A stretch of DNA of 64,000 nucleotides from an uncultured candidate division Zixibacteria bacterium (GTDB taxonomy: Bacteria; Zixibacteria; MSB-5A5; RBG-16-43-9), in contig OY970208.1 in the NCBI GenBank assembly GCA_963713865.1, positions 2,304,001-2,368,000 on the forward strand, given 5' to 3'. The stretch's first letter is position 1. Each line of letters begins with the position of its first letter. The position numbers and the translations under genes are program-made. The notes beneath the pieces are model-generated. The model had not been told where the DNA came from. It worked only from the letters and a program-made list of their open reading frames with translations, and did no database searches. Below, piece after piece: positions 1-10,187 of the stretch.

Positions 1-328
1 AGTCGCCTAAATGCTTCAGGCTTTCTTTTACTGACTTTGTTTTATAATAAAGCTGGGATTTGTAATTCAAGTTCTGCCAGGTACAGCCTCCACACAAGCC
101 AAAGTGAGAACAAATCGGATCAATCCTTTGCTCTGAGCTTTTCAGAATCTCAACTAATTCCGCCTCAGCGAAGTTCCTTTTCTTTCTTTTGATTTTGACT
201 TTAAGGGTATCACCGGGAAGCCCCCCTCTTATCAGAATTACCAGCCCATCGATTTTGCCCACACCTTTACCACCATAAGCTAAATCTGTAACTGAAACTT
301 CAACTATATCCCCTTTTTTCAGCACCAT
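1..328 (-). CDS. rlmD: 23S rRNA (uracil-C5)-methyltransferase RlmD family, 5' part (runs off the window edge; not in ORF track)
   Basis: My translation from ATG 328: MVLKKGDIVEVSVTDLAYGGKGVGKIDGLVILIRGGLPGD...RIDPICSHFGLCGGCTWQNLNY = TRAM domain plus the CxxFGxCGGC 4Fe-4S motif. Confidence 0.9.
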   Translation of the reverse strand, partial: MVLKKGDIVEVSVTDLAYGGKGVGKIDGLVILIRGGLPGDTLKVKIKRKKRNFAEAELVEILKSSEQRIDPICSHFGLCGGCTWQNLNYKSQLYYKTKSVKESLKHLGD

Positions 329-339
329 CGACACTTTTT

Positions 340-837
340 TTACATACCTTTCAGATAATTTAATAAACCTCCCTTTTCAGTTATCTCCAGTTCCAATCCG
401 GAAAGTGGGTAACCGGTCATGCCTTTCCCTGTAGCTAAATTTTTAATCCCGCCCGATGAAAAATCTATTTCTAACTCATCACCAGTCTTAACGTTCTCGG
501 ATATCCCCAGACATTCTAATAGAGGGAATCCTAAATTTATCGCATTGCGATAAAAAATCCGGGCAAAGGAATCTGCCACCACACAGCTTACCCCGTTTTC
601 CTTTAAACATATAACCGCATGTTCACGGGAAGAGCCAGTGCCGAAGTTCTTGCCTGCTACGATAATATCACCCGTTTTTACCTGCTGGCTGAATTTTTCA
701 AACCCGGGCACAAACTCCATCGCATGTTTTTTCATTTCCTGAGGGTCAGTTAAGGGGAGATACTGCCCATGATAGATCTGGTCAGTATCTATATCATCCC
801 CAGCCACCCAGGCTTTCCCTTTAAATTTAGTCATCAT
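340..837 (-). CDS. leuD: 3-isopropylmalate/homoaconitate dehydratase small subunit (LeuD/HacB type)
   Basis: GDDIDTDQI, GKNFGTGSSREHA and SFARIFYRNAINLG motifs; start trimmed to ATG 837 (or 834) after GGAG. Confidence 0.85.
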   Translation of the reverse strand: MMTKFKGKAWVAGDDIDTDQIYHGQYLPLTDPQEMKKHAMEFVPGFEKFSQQVKTGDIIVAGKNFGTGSSREHAVICLKENGVSCVVADSFARIFYRNAINLGFPLLECLGISENVKTGDELEIDFSSGGIKNLATGKGMTGYPLSGLELEITEKGGLLNYLKGM

Positions 838-2065
838 CTTCTTTCTCCCCTTTAATCTTATCTTTCTTTCTTTCGCATTCCTGTTCGCAGGTTTTACATT
901 CACCCTCACAGGGCTCTATATGGATTGTGATCTCAGACTCACCCAGTCTATCTTTAATATCATTTTCCAGATGGTCACACAACTTATGGGCATCTTCGAT
1001 CTTTATACCCTTGGGCACAACTAAATGCAGATTAACCAACCTCGAATCCCCTGTTCTTCTGAAAGTCAGATCGTGGAATTCCACGAACTGGTCAAAGTGC
1101 TGATTCAAGATCTCCAGGACTATTCTTTTCTCCTCCTGTCCCTCTTTGAAAAGCTCAGACTTCTCTTCCAAGAACCCCCCTCCTTCTTCTGGTTCAGTAT
1201 GGACAATCACGTCTGAATTTGGCAGAAGCAAAGCAACTTTTTCCTCTATCTGAATAGTGATTTGATGAGCTTTTTCTAAAGAACTGTCTTTTTCAAGCAT
1301 AACATTCATATCTAGAAAATAGTGACTGCCGGCTCTTCTCAGCCGTAATCTCGAGACGGAGCTGACCTGGGGAATTGATTGAATCATTTCTTTGATTTTC
1401 TGGTCTAACCCTTCTGGTGCCCGATCTAAGAGCACGTCTACTGTCCTCTTACCCAATTTCCAGGAAGCACGCAGGACCAATAAAGCCACACCCAGGGCTG
1501 CAAGCGGGTCAGCAACCGGTAAACCGATCTTGACAAAAATAAGTCCTAAGATCACCACTAAGGAACTAAAGATATCGCTTTGAAAATGCAAAGCGTCTGC
1601 TTCCAGAGCCTGGCTTTGATATTTTTTAGCCATCTTTGAGAGGGCTGTAGATCTGGAGATATCAATAATTATGGCGATTAACAGTACTATAAAACTGACC
1701 GGTAGTACTTTAATTTCAACTGATTTAAAGAAGATTCTTTCAAAAGACTTATAAATTATCCATGCGCAGGTTATCAGTAATAAAATCGCTTCTAAGAGAG
1801 CTGAGAGATTTTCAAATTTACCGTGTCCATAATGATGTTCGGCATCCGCAGGTTTATCAGACCGTTTTACCGTAAAATAAGTCATCCCGGCTGCCACTAA
1901 GTCTAAGGCAGAATGAGCCGCCTCAGAAATTATCCCCAAGCTCTGAGTGATAATACCTACAATAAGTTTGGTAAGAGTAAGAAAAATGGCAGCCAGAAGT
2001 GAGCTGAAAGCTACTCTTACTTTCTCCTGCGTTCCTTTTTTCTCAATCTGATTCAGATTTTCCAT
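827..2065 (-). CDS. Cation diffusion facilitator (FieF/CzcD-like) with two tandem C-terminal dimerisation domains
   Basis: SEAAHSALD, HHYGHGKFE and ADALHFQSD motifs; two ...HTEP/...HIEP domains; Cys-rich tail. Confidence 0.9.
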   Translation of the reverse strand: MENLNQIEKKGTQEKVRVAFSSLLAAIFLTLTKLIVGIITQSLGIISEAAHSALDLVAAGMTYFTVKRSDKPADAEHHYGHGKFENLSALLEAILLLITCAWIIYKSFERIFFKSVEIKVLPVSFIVLLIAIIIDISRSTALSKMAKKYQSQALEADALHFQSDIFSSLVVILGLIFVKIGLPVADPLAALGVALLVLRASWKLGKRTVDVLLDRAPEGLDQKIKEMIQSIPQVSSVSRLRLRRAGSHYFLDMNVMLEKDSSLEKAHQITIQIEEKVALLLPNSDVIVHTEPEEGGGFLEEKSELFKEGQEEKRIVLEILNQHFDQFVEFHDLTFRRTGDSRLVNLHLVVPKGIKIEDAHKLCDHLENDIKDRLGESEITIHIEPCEGECKTCEQECERKKDKIKGEKEDDD

Positions 2066-2144
2066 TATTATTTATCTATTTATTCTAATGTTTAATACAT
2101 TGTATCAATAAGGACAGAACAATATTCTATCCCTACAAAATCCT

Positions 2145-2169
2145 CGTCGGGCGTAAAGCCCGACGCTAC
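2145..2169. repeat. GTAG-type REP-like palindrome (CGTCGGGCGTAAAGCCCGACGCTAC)
   Basis: Identical 25-mer at 61521-61545; variants at 33823-33846 and 33918-33942. Confidence 0.8.
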
Positions 2170-2191
2170 CATCTACAATCCTTATCCCTTT

Positions 2192-5122
2192 CTACTGCCT
2201 ACTATCTACTTTTAGTTTCTTAAGTCTTTCCTTCGCATCTGTAACTTCAGGTATTCCCGGATCGGCATTCTTCCAGATATCCAGAAACTCCTCATATTTC
2301 TCAATCGCCTTTTTGTTCCAGCCAGATTTCTCATAAGCCAAGCCCAGAAAATAGTAAGCTTTCACCGCCCTAATTGAACTTAATGCTCTCTTATCATCAT
2401 ATCTTGAAAGCACCTTCTCGAACTCAGCCACAGCTTCATCCAGTTTGCTTGCTTGCAGATAGGCTTGGGCAAGAACAAAGTGAAGACCAATACCTGAGCC
2501 TGATTTGACTGCTTTCTCAAGATTAGGTATTGAGGTTTCCAAATTACCTTTTGCCAGCTCAATGCTTCCAATTACCCACCAGTAATAAAACATTAGAGTT
2601 TGATCTCCTCCAATATCTTTCTTCAAAGCCTTAGCTACCTCTTCAGCTTTGGTAAACTCTTTATTCTCTGCCAGAAGCGTGGCATAATACTGCCGATCAT
2701 AGAGCTTCTCATCAGGATAAATCCTGTGATAGATTTCCATATCCTTTTCCATTTCCTCCAAAGTCAAATCCAGATTTTTTTTCTCATTATAGATCCTTGC
2801 CTTTAAGAAATGTTTATTTCTATTCTGCCATCCCTCTACCTGGTCCATTCTGTCTGCGACAATGCCGTCATTCAGAACCTGAAGTGCATCATCGAACTTT
2901 CCCTGATAGGAAGGGATAAGAGCCAGGTAAATTCTTCCCTCTGACCGGGTGTATTTATCAGTGCTGGAACAAAGGTCTTTATAATAACTTTCAGCTTTTG
3001 CATACTCCTTTTTAAAAAGATACATATGCCCTAATTTTGCCAGGGACATATAGAAGTCAGGTTTTATCTCTACGGCTTTTTTATAAGATTCAATCGCCTG
3101 GTCTATCTTGCCATTCCAGGCATAAAGATCACCTCTCGAATCGTATGGATTGGGTTCATCTGGAGCTAATGAGATATATTTATTTATTGCCCAGATAGAT
3201 TTCTCAAAATCACCTATATCATTGTAGACAAATGTAAGATGGTTATATATATCCTTATAGAGAGGGTCTATCTCAATAGCTTTGTTAAAGTAGCGAACAG
3301 CTTCCTCAGACTGACCCGGAGTAGCCTGATAATAGATCCCTAACAGCCAAAATGCTTCCTTCTCTTCCGGATATCGTTCTGTTATCTTCTGAAGTTCTTT
3401 AATATACTGAGTATAATTACCTGAAAAACCCGCCTCTTGAGCCTGGATATACAGTTTTTCTTTCTGGCTAACTTTATTTGAATATTTGACTGCTTTAGCT
3501 ATCAATTTTCTATACTCTACCCCAGTCCCCGACGTAACCCAGTACAACCTATAGTATGCCATTGCAAAGGTGGAATCAAGCTCCAGAGCCTTTTTGAAGC
3601 TTTTCTCAGCCTCCGTGTAATAGTATTTATAATAGTAATCAACTCCCTCTAGGTAGTAACGATATGCCTCTGGTGAATGAGTGGTAACATCCGCAACTGG
3701 CCGGACCGATTCCTGTCCGGCTTCGGCCGGGAGAGAAAGTCCCTTTTTCAACTCGATTGTCAGCTTATCTACCGTTGAGAATATCTTCTCCTCTGGCTCG
3801 CCGCTGATCCGCTGTGAGGATAACACTCTCCCGCTTTTAACCTCTACCAGCTGAGAGGTTAGAATTATCTGAGGTTCGACCTGAAGGATGCTTCCTAAAA
3901 GCATCCATTTTGCACCAGCTTTTGTCGCCACTTCTGAGGCAACGTTTTTATCTATGATTTTCTCACCCTCTTTTCCCAGTAATTTCAAAATATCATATAA
4001 TCTCTGACTGGAAACCACATTCATATATTGAGATTCAGAAAGACCGGTTATCAAAAGATTGGTAACGATCTCGCCTAACCTTTCTTTATCCTCTTTGTCT
4101 ACCAGATTCTCAAAATACATTATGGCTAAAGTGTTTTCTTTGGCCATTGCCTTCTCCTCCGGAACTATCTCAAATTTGAAAGGTTTAAGAATGAAGAAAA
4201 GTAAAACCAGTATAAAAACGATGGAGCCGGGAACTATAAATGGAAGTAATCTCTTCTTAGGTTTGGGTGATATAACCCCTGCAGGAAGTATACCACTCTT
4301 AGTATAATCTAAAGCTTTTTTCTCCCTTCTCAAATCTGCCAGTAAATCATCTATATGTTGATACCTTTCTTCTCTGTCCTTTGCCAGTACCTTAGAAATT
4401 ATCTCCTCTAACTTAGTTGAAACTTTGTTGTTATAACGAGCTATCGGTTGGGGCTCTTCGTTTAGTATAGAATAGATAATTGCAGCATGATGTTCTCCTC
4501 CAAAAGGCAATTTCCCGGTCAAAAGCTCATACAAAACAACTCCAAAAGAGAAAATATCGCTTCTCTGGTCCACCTCCTCTCCAGAGGCCTGTTCTGGTGA
4601 CATATAAGCAACAGTCCCTAAGGTCGAGCCAGCCTGAGTAAGCTTAGTTGCTCCTTTTAGTTTTGCCAGCCCAAAATCCATTATCTTGACCTGTCCCTCT
4701 CTGGTGACCATAATGTTGTCTGATTTTATATCCCGATGGATTATTTCTTTCTTGTGAGCAGAAGCTAAACCCTCGCAAACTTGTATGGCAATCTCCAGAA
4801 CTTTTTTAATGGATGGAGGTTCTTTCTCTACAATTTCCTTTACTGTCTTTCCTTCTATATATTCCATTGCAATAAATAACCCCTCAGAACTATCTTCTAT
4901 ACTATAAATGGTAGCAACATTAGGATGATTCAGAGCCGAAGCAGACTGCGCTTCGTGGATAAAACGAGCCTTTTCATCGGGATGGTCAGCAATATGAGGA
5001 GGTAAAAACTTCAAAGCGACCAGACGCTGAAGCTGGATGTCCTGGGCTTTATAGACCACACCCATTCCGCCCTCACCGAGTTTTTCTAAGATTTTGTAAT
5101 GAGAAATCGTTTTGCCAATCAT
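2192..5122 (-). CDS. Hanks-type Ser/Thr protein kinase with TM helix, TolB-N/FlgO-like domain and TPR repeats
   Basis: [27 protein letters not shown] and YMSPEQ motifs; hydrophobic helix near aa 295-315; TPR repeats; start ATG 5122 after GAGGTG. Confidence 0.92.
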   Translation of the reverse strand: MIGKTISHYKILEKLGEGGMGVVYKAQDIQLQRLVALKFLPPHIADHPDEKARFIHEAQSASALNHPNVATIYSIEDSSEGLFIAMEYIEGKTVKEIVEKEPPSIKKVLEIAIQVCEGLASAHKKEIIHRDIKSDNIMVTREGQVKIMDFGLAKLKGATKLTQAGSTLGTVAYMSPEQASGEEVDQRSDIFSFGVVLYELLTGKLPFGGEHHAAIIYSILNEEPQPIARYNNKVSTKLEEIISKVLAKDREERYQHIDDLLADLRREKKALDYTKSGILPAGVISPKPKKRLLPFIVPGSIVFILVLLFFILKPFKFEIVPEEKAMAKENTLAIMYFENLVDKEDKERLGEIVTNLLITGLSESQYMNVVSSQRLYDILKLLGKEGEKIIDKNVASEVATKAGAKWMLLGSILQVEPQIILTSQLVEVKSGRVLSSQRISGEPEEKIFSTVDKLTIELKKGLSLPAEAGQESVRPVADVTTHSPEAYRYYLEGVDYYYKYYYTEAEKSFKKALELDSTFAMAYYRLYWVTSGTGVEYRKLIAKAVKYSNKVSQKEKLYIQAQEAGFSGNYTQYIKELQKITERYPEEKEAFWLLGIYYQATPGQSEEAVRYFNKAIEIDPLYKDIYNHLTFVYNDIGDFEKSIWAINKYISLAPDEPNPYDSRGDLYAWNGKIDQAIESYKKAVEIKPDFYMSLAKLGHMYLFKKEYAKAESYYKDLCSSTDKYTRSEGRIYLALIPSYQGKFDDALQVLNDGIVADRMDQVEGWQNRNKHFLKARIYNEKKNLDLTLEEMEKDMEIYHRIYPDEKLYDRQYYATLLAENKEFTKAEEVAKALKKDIGGDQTLMFYYWWVIGSIELAKGNLETSIPNLEKAVKSGSGIGLHFVLAQAYLQASKLDEAVAEFEKVLSRYDDKRALSSIRAVKAYYFLGLAYEKSGWNKKAIEKYEEFLDIWKNADPGIPEVTDAKERLKKLKVDSRQ

Positions 5123-5220
5123 CTTCACACCTCAAATTTTCCTACTGACTTAGCTGCTCCTTGTTGAAAGTCTTGTCACGCACAGTCTGGTGCGCAAAAC
5201 TAATGGCTTGAAGATGAAAC

Positions 5221-6651
5221 TTACTTTTCACCAGCATGAAAGTCAGTCCACGGTTGGGATGGGCGGTTTTTGAGAATATCCCTCATCCAGTCAAACTGGG
5301 GATGTTCCTCCAAAAACTTTCCAGCATCGAAGGCTGTGCCGCAGGAACTTCCCCAACGGGCTGCGAAGGCCATCTGCTTCACCATTTTCGTATCAACTAC
5401 TTTACCGTCAAATGCTCCCGATGGGTAGAACGGTATACTTGGTCCTGACAATTGAGGGTCCTCAGCAGAATGACCACAGAGAGAACGACGACTGGGATTG
5501 TCTTTCCCCAGATAGGTGTCATAGTGATCTGCTAAAAACTGCTTAGCCATTTCCAGGTCAATCTTTCCTGCGAATTGCTTCAATAACTGTTTCCATCGTT
5601 CTCGCCGCGCAACCGAGCTATTACGTATATCTGTCTCAGCTTCATCGCTCTGTTTTGTTTCCAATCGCAGGATCTTCAGGTCTTCAGCCACATTGGAACC
5701 GATGAAGTATCCATTTTTTTTCTTCTCAAATCCAGCGTATTTTAATCCCAGCTCCAGTCGGGCGATTTCATTAGTCTTCACATCACCCAACAGCCACGCA
5801 TTCGCATAGCCACCATTGTTCCCCTTCTTCATTATAGCGCACCATTCATCTATGGAGGAAGCATCCTGGGTCGCCCGCCGAAATCGGATGAATTCCGGGA
5901 TACCCTTTTCATCGAAACCCTTGAAATCACCGATCGTCGTCTCTGTACCCATTAATCCTGCATCGGTTATGAAGAAATCTGTGCCACTGTGAATCCAGCC
6001 TGGCGCTGTTTGCATGAGGATGCGGTGTCCCTCAGTTGGTTTAATATCCAGAATGACGTTGAAATCTGCTTCGGGGAAGTCAGCCCAACTATTATGCCCC
6101 ATGACAATGCCACCATCACTGGTCATGTTCCCATTAGCAATAAAGGCGCTACAGGATTGCTTAGGCGGAGACGGTGACTCAGCGGCAATCTTCTCTTTTA
6201 CCTCAGGCCACCAATACCAAGTGAGATCAAAGAATCCGTTGTAGGCTATCATCTCATCCCGGGAAGTATTGACACCTGCAGCTTTGAGCCCCTCCACTAT
6301 CCCATCTATTTCCGCACGGCTTTCCGGATCAACTTTGCGGGAGAACATCTTCTTCGATTTGCTCAAAAGCCAATCCCAATCCATACTACTCCAGTATTTC
6401 CAGAGTTCACGCCGTACTCTCAATCCCTCGGCGATTTCATTGGCGAGCAAGTATCCATATTGAAAGCCGCGTTCGCGCGGTGAACCTTCGATGTGCAGAT
6501 ATATCCATCCATCTTTCTGATGTTTTTCGGCATGCGTAAGCCACATGCTTTGCTCTGGGGTAATTGGAGTTTTCCCCTCTGCATTCACATCTTTGGTTAT
6601 ACCAGGTATGGTGAGAAGAATTGCCAAACAAACCGCGTAGAGGTGTTTCAT
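5221..6651 (-). CDS. Secreted Ntn-hydrolase, peptidase C45/phospholipase B-like
   Basis: Signal peptide; GSPRERGFQYG; autoprocessing S-CSAF site; GHNSW; GLMGTETT. Confidence 0.75.
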   Translation of the reverse strand: MKHLYAVCLAILLTIPGITKDVNAEGKTPITPEQSMWLTHAEKHQKDGWIYLHIEGSPRERGFQYGYLLANEIAEGLRVRRELWKYWSSMDWDWLLSKSKKMFSRKVDPESRAEIDGIVEGLKAAGVNTSRDEMIAYNGFFDLTWYWWPEVKEKIAAESPSPPKQSCSAFIANGNMTSDGGIVMGHNSWADFPEADFNVILDIKPTEGHRILMQTAPGWIHSGTDFFITDAGLMGTETTIGDFKGFDEKGIPEFIRFRRATQDASSIDEWCAIMKKGNNGGYANAWLLGDVKTNEIARLELGLKYAGFEKKKNGYFIGSNVAEDLKILRLETKQSDEAETDIRNSSVARRERWKQLLKQFAGKIDLEMAKQFLADHYDTYLGKDNPSRRSLCGHSAEDPQLSGPSIPFYPSGAFDGKVVDTKMVKQMAFAARWGSSCGTAFDAGKFLEEHPQFDWMRDILKNRPSQPWTDFHAGEK

Positions 6652-6671
6652 ATTTGTCTCTCCTTTAGCTT

Positions 6672-6785
6672 TTATGTATCTATGTTGAATTCTTTTCCGA
6701 TGTCCTGGGCTTTATAGACCACACCCATCCCACCCTCACCTAACTTATCCAAAATCTTGTAATGTAGAATTGTATTGCCTATCAT
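6672..6785 (-). pseudogene. 37-codon remnant of a Ser/Thr kinase paralog
   Basis: [37 protein letters not shown]; first 29 aa nearly match the N-terminus of the 2192-5122 kinase. Confidence 0.85.
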
Positions 6786-7048
6786 ATTGTGTCCTTTGTT
6801 TACAGCTGCAGACTTTAGTCTGCATTTTATGTTTATTTCGCATCTTCAAGACTGTAGTGTTGCTATCACGTGGAAACATAAGATCATCTTTTTGTAGTTG
6901 CCCGATTCATCGAGCCGAAGAATGCCTTTAACTTTACAAAGTTCAATATAGTAGAACTAAAATTTGTTTGTCAATGGATTTAAACAAAATGTAAAGGGCT
7001 AGCCTGGCTCTGGTGGATCACCCTTGCACCCTATATACTGTCTACTGC

Positions 7049-9493
7049 CTATTTCTCCCCGACTGAGTATTCTCTCCACTTTTGAGCAAATTCCCTTAGC
7101 TTTTTATCTACCAGATAATTTACACTTCCCTCTTCAAAAGCTCCATTCTCTCTTTTTTCCCCGGCTTTTACCCCGGTAAGAATTTCAATCCCCTGATCTA
7201 TTGTCTTGATGGAATAGATACGGAATTTCCCCTCTTTCACCGCTTCGACCACATCTTGACGCAACATCAGATCCTCCACATTCTGGTGAGGTATAATTAC
7301 ACCTTGAGTTCCGGTGAAGTTTTTAGATTTACATACATCAAAAAAACCCTCGATTTTCTGATTAACCCCGCCGATTGGCTGTATTTCGCCTTTCTGATTC
7401 ACTGAGCCGGTAACAGCTACATCCTGTCTTATAGGTAGTTCAGAGAGACTTGATAGAATCCCATAAATCTCTGTAGAAGAAGCGGAATCCCCGTCCACAC
7501 CAGAATAAGACTGCTCAAAGCAGATGCTGGCATTCACTACCAGGGGTTTATCCTGAGCATATCTCCCTTGTAAAAATCCGCTTAAAATCAATACCCCTTT
7601 GTTATGAGTGCGTCCGGAAAGCTCTGCTTCTCTTTCTATATTTATCACCCCGCTTCGGCCTACAGAGGTACGGGCTGTGATCCGGGTGGGTTTGCCGAAC
7701 ATATATTGCCCTAAATCGTAGATTGAAAGACCATTCACCTGTCCGAGCACTTTACCCTCGGTATCGACCATTATGATCCCCTCATCTATCATCTCCTGGA
7801 TTTTATCTTCAGGCAGGTTCACCCTTTTTTTCCATTCATCATTCGCCTTCTCCACGTGTTTACCTGAAACCCTTTTGGATTTCTCAGTGCATGTCCAGTA
7901 GTTAGCCTCCCTGATCAGGTCTGCCACCACATTGAATCTGGTGGACAGCTTGTTCTGCCTGCCAGCCAATCTGACCCCGAATTCCACTACTGCAGCTATA
8001 GCGCTTTTATCAAATGGCTTGAGCTTCTCATCCTTACAAACTTTGCGAATAAATGTAGCATATTCCCAGATAGTATCATCTTTCTTAGGCATTACCAGAT
8101 CAAAATCTGCTTTTACCTTGAAGATCTTCCTGAAATCATCATCCAGCCCATAAAGGGTCTGATAGATATATGGATCACCAATCATCACTACTTTTACCTC
8201 AGATTCAATCGCCTCTGGCTTTAAGGCTGAAACTGAGAAAAAATAGAACGGGTCATAAGTCTGAATCTCGACTATCCCGTTCCGCAGAGTTCTCTTCAAG
8301 GCTTGCCAGACCCCAGGTTCGACTAAAGCATCTATGGCGTTCAAAACTAAATATCCTCCATTAGCTCTCAAAAAAGAGCCAACTTTTATCTTGGTGAAAT
8401 CGGTCCTGCCAGCACCTGTACGGTCAAAACTCCTTTCGATTGTTCCGAAAAGGTTTCTATAGGTTGGGTTGGTCTCAATTATAATCGGAGCTCCTTTGAT
8501 CTCACTGTTATCCACTATTACATTCACCTCGTATTCCCTGAACGGCTCCTCAGGTTTTAAAGTAGGTAAGCCGGGAATGGCACCTTCAGATGGTTCCTCT
8601 TTTTTATCTCTGAATTTTTGATATTCGGCTAAAATATCCTCCTGAACCTCATTTAGGTATTCATCTATCTTTTTATTCCCTTCATACTTGGTCTTGATCT
8701 CTTGAATATGTTCTTTCACCATCGGAGAGATCACTTCCTTATCCAGGTTAGATAGAGCCTGGTCTAACTCCTTAGCCTTGACTCTTGTTTCTCGAAATAC
8801 CTTTTCCATCTCCTCGCTTAATTGAGAATATCTTTCTCTTAAAGAATTCACGTTTTCCTGTGGAAATTTCCCATCATCTGCAAGCTCTTCTAATTTCCCA
8901 ATAGCTATAGGTTTGTTCTCTATTAATGGCTCTAAATCTGGCTTGATAAAAGGGCCCAACTGAACCTGAACCAAAGCAAATCCTTCTTTAGTTACCTTTT
9001 TCTCAAAATCGCTGATCATCTTTTTCTGGCTTAACTGATAAGAGTTAACCAGCTCTTTCTTGCGACGTTGATAAACCTCGCTCTCGAAGACCTCCGGTAT
9101 CCCTCTGGCTAAAGCTGTGACCAGACCTTCCATATCTTTTTTGAAAGCAACACCTTTACCGGCTGGAAGGCTTATCACCTTAGGCATATCTGGATTCTTA
9201 AAATTATTTACGTAGCATTTATCATCCGGAGTTTTTTCCACCTTTTCCAGTTTTTCTAAAAGATGCTTGATAGTCGTAGTCCTGCCAGTTCCCACCAATC
9301 CGGTAACGAAGATATTATATCCCACGCTTTTTATCTCTAACCCCAATCCTATAGCCCGAATAGCTCTATCCTGTCCGATAATCCCCTCGCAGGCTTCCAC
9401 GTCATCGGTTGAGTTCAATTTCAAACTTGCCGGGTTGCATATCCATCTGAGTTTCTCCACTGGAACTTCTTCAAACTTTAATTCCTCAAACAT
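7049..9493 (-). CDS. Lon-like S16 protease (LonB/LonC-type AAA_32 architecture with coiled-coil insert)
   Basis: IIGQDRA, ANGGYLVL, catalytic DGDSAS, AVTGSVNQKGEIQPIGGVNQKIEGF. Confidence 0.9.
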   Translation of the reverse strand: MFEELKFEEVPVEKLRWICNPASLKLNSTDDVEACEGIIGQDRAIRAIGLGLEIKSVGYNIFVTGLVGTGRTTTIKHLLEKLEKVEKTPDDKCYVNNFKNPDMPKVISLPAGKGVAFKKDMEGLVTALARGIPEVFESEVYQRRKKELVNSYQLSQKKMISDFEKKVTKEGFALVQVQLGPFIKPDLEPLIENKPIAIGKLEELADDGKFPQENVNSLRERYSQLSEEMEKVFRETRVKAKELDQALSNLDKEVISPMVKEHIQEIKTKYEGNKKIDEYLNEVQEDILAEYQKFRDKKEEPSEGAIPGLPTLKPEEPFREYEVNVIVDNSEIKGAPIIIETNPTYRNLFGTIERSFDRTGAGRTDFTKIKVGSFLRANGGYLVLNAIDALVEPGVWQALKRTLRNGIVEIQTYDPFYFFSVSALKPEAIESEVKVVMIGDPYIYQTLYGLDDDFRKIFKVKADFDLVMPKKDDTIWEYATFIRKVCKDEKLKPFDKSAIAAVVEFGVRLAGRQNKLSTRFNVVADLIREANYWTCTEKSKRVSGKHVEKANDEWKKRVNLPEDKIQEMIDEGIIMVDTEGKVLGQVNGLSIYDLGQYMFGKPTRITARTSVGRSGVINIEREAELSGRTHNKGVLILSGFLQGRYAQDKPLVVNASICFEQSYSGVDGDSASSTEIYGILSSLSELPIRQDVAVTGSVNQKGEIQPIGGVNQKIEGFFDVCKSKNFTGTQGVIIPHQNVEDLMLRQDVVEAVKEGKFRIYSIKTIDQGIEILTGVKAGEKRENGAFEEGSVNYLVDKKLREFAQKWREYSVGEK

Positions 9494-9599
9494 AACTCCT
9501 CCTGCATATTTCTAATTTTATATAAAATTTATCTCCTCTTCTGAACTTAAGATAGCAACTTACAATAAGCTGAGTCAAGAATAAAATTAAAATGCAACG

Positions 9600-10090
9600 T
9601 CCGATTATGGATAACGAATGACGGATGAGAGAAAGGAAAGTTCGTCGGGCAATCCTTCAGGATTGCTTATACCCTCAAGAAACATTGAGACGTATCGCAT
9701 GCGTCTCTGCGATATGGTAGCCGCAGACTTCAGTCTGCGTTTTATGATTATTTCATTTCTCCACATCCGTAGCGTTGCCACTCCTGTCATATCCCACAGG
9801 TCCCTTTCGGAACGAATCTGTTTCTAGGATGGCAACGAATTAACGTCGTCATAGACGTCCTCACAGAAGTAGGGACGCTATCGTTTGAAAGTAATCCTGA
9901 TCTACTGATAGCGGGATAAGTTGGGTTTCGCAACGATAAAAAGATAGGGCGGACACGCGGTTCGACAAGCTCACCGTCCTGAGCAAAGTCAAAGGACAGG
10001 TCCGCCCCTACCCTTAAAAGGACAACTCTACCTCTGAAGAGATCATACCTGTTTAATCGTCTCACCTCTTACGTCTCACATCTTCCGTTT
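9600..10090. repeat. Intergenic cluster of REP-like palindromes and heptamer repeats
   Basis: GAGACGTATCGCATGCGTCTC (9687), GTAGCCGCAGACTTCAGTCTGCG (9717), TAGGGCGGAC...GTCCGCCCCTAC (~9944-10010), CGTCTCA/CCTCTTA repeats (10058-10088). Confidence 0.7.
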
Positions 10091-10151
10091 TCAATATTCT
10101 TTCAATCTATCCATCTGGTTCCCTGATCACACATATAAACTTCTTTAAAAC

Positions 10152-10180
10152 TTGACTTTAGAGTTTATTATTTTTACTTT
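10152..10180 (+). promoter_or_regulatory. Sigma70-type promoter of the LTA-synthase-family gene
   Basis: TTGACT-17 nt-TACTTT ending 7 nt before ATG 10188. Confidence 0.55.
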
Positions 10181-10187
10181 TAATCCG

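Noticed and set aside
9605-10065. ORFs 9605-9790, 9618-9827 and 9787-10065
   Set aside because: They run through REP-like palindromes and have no RBS or recognisable protein features
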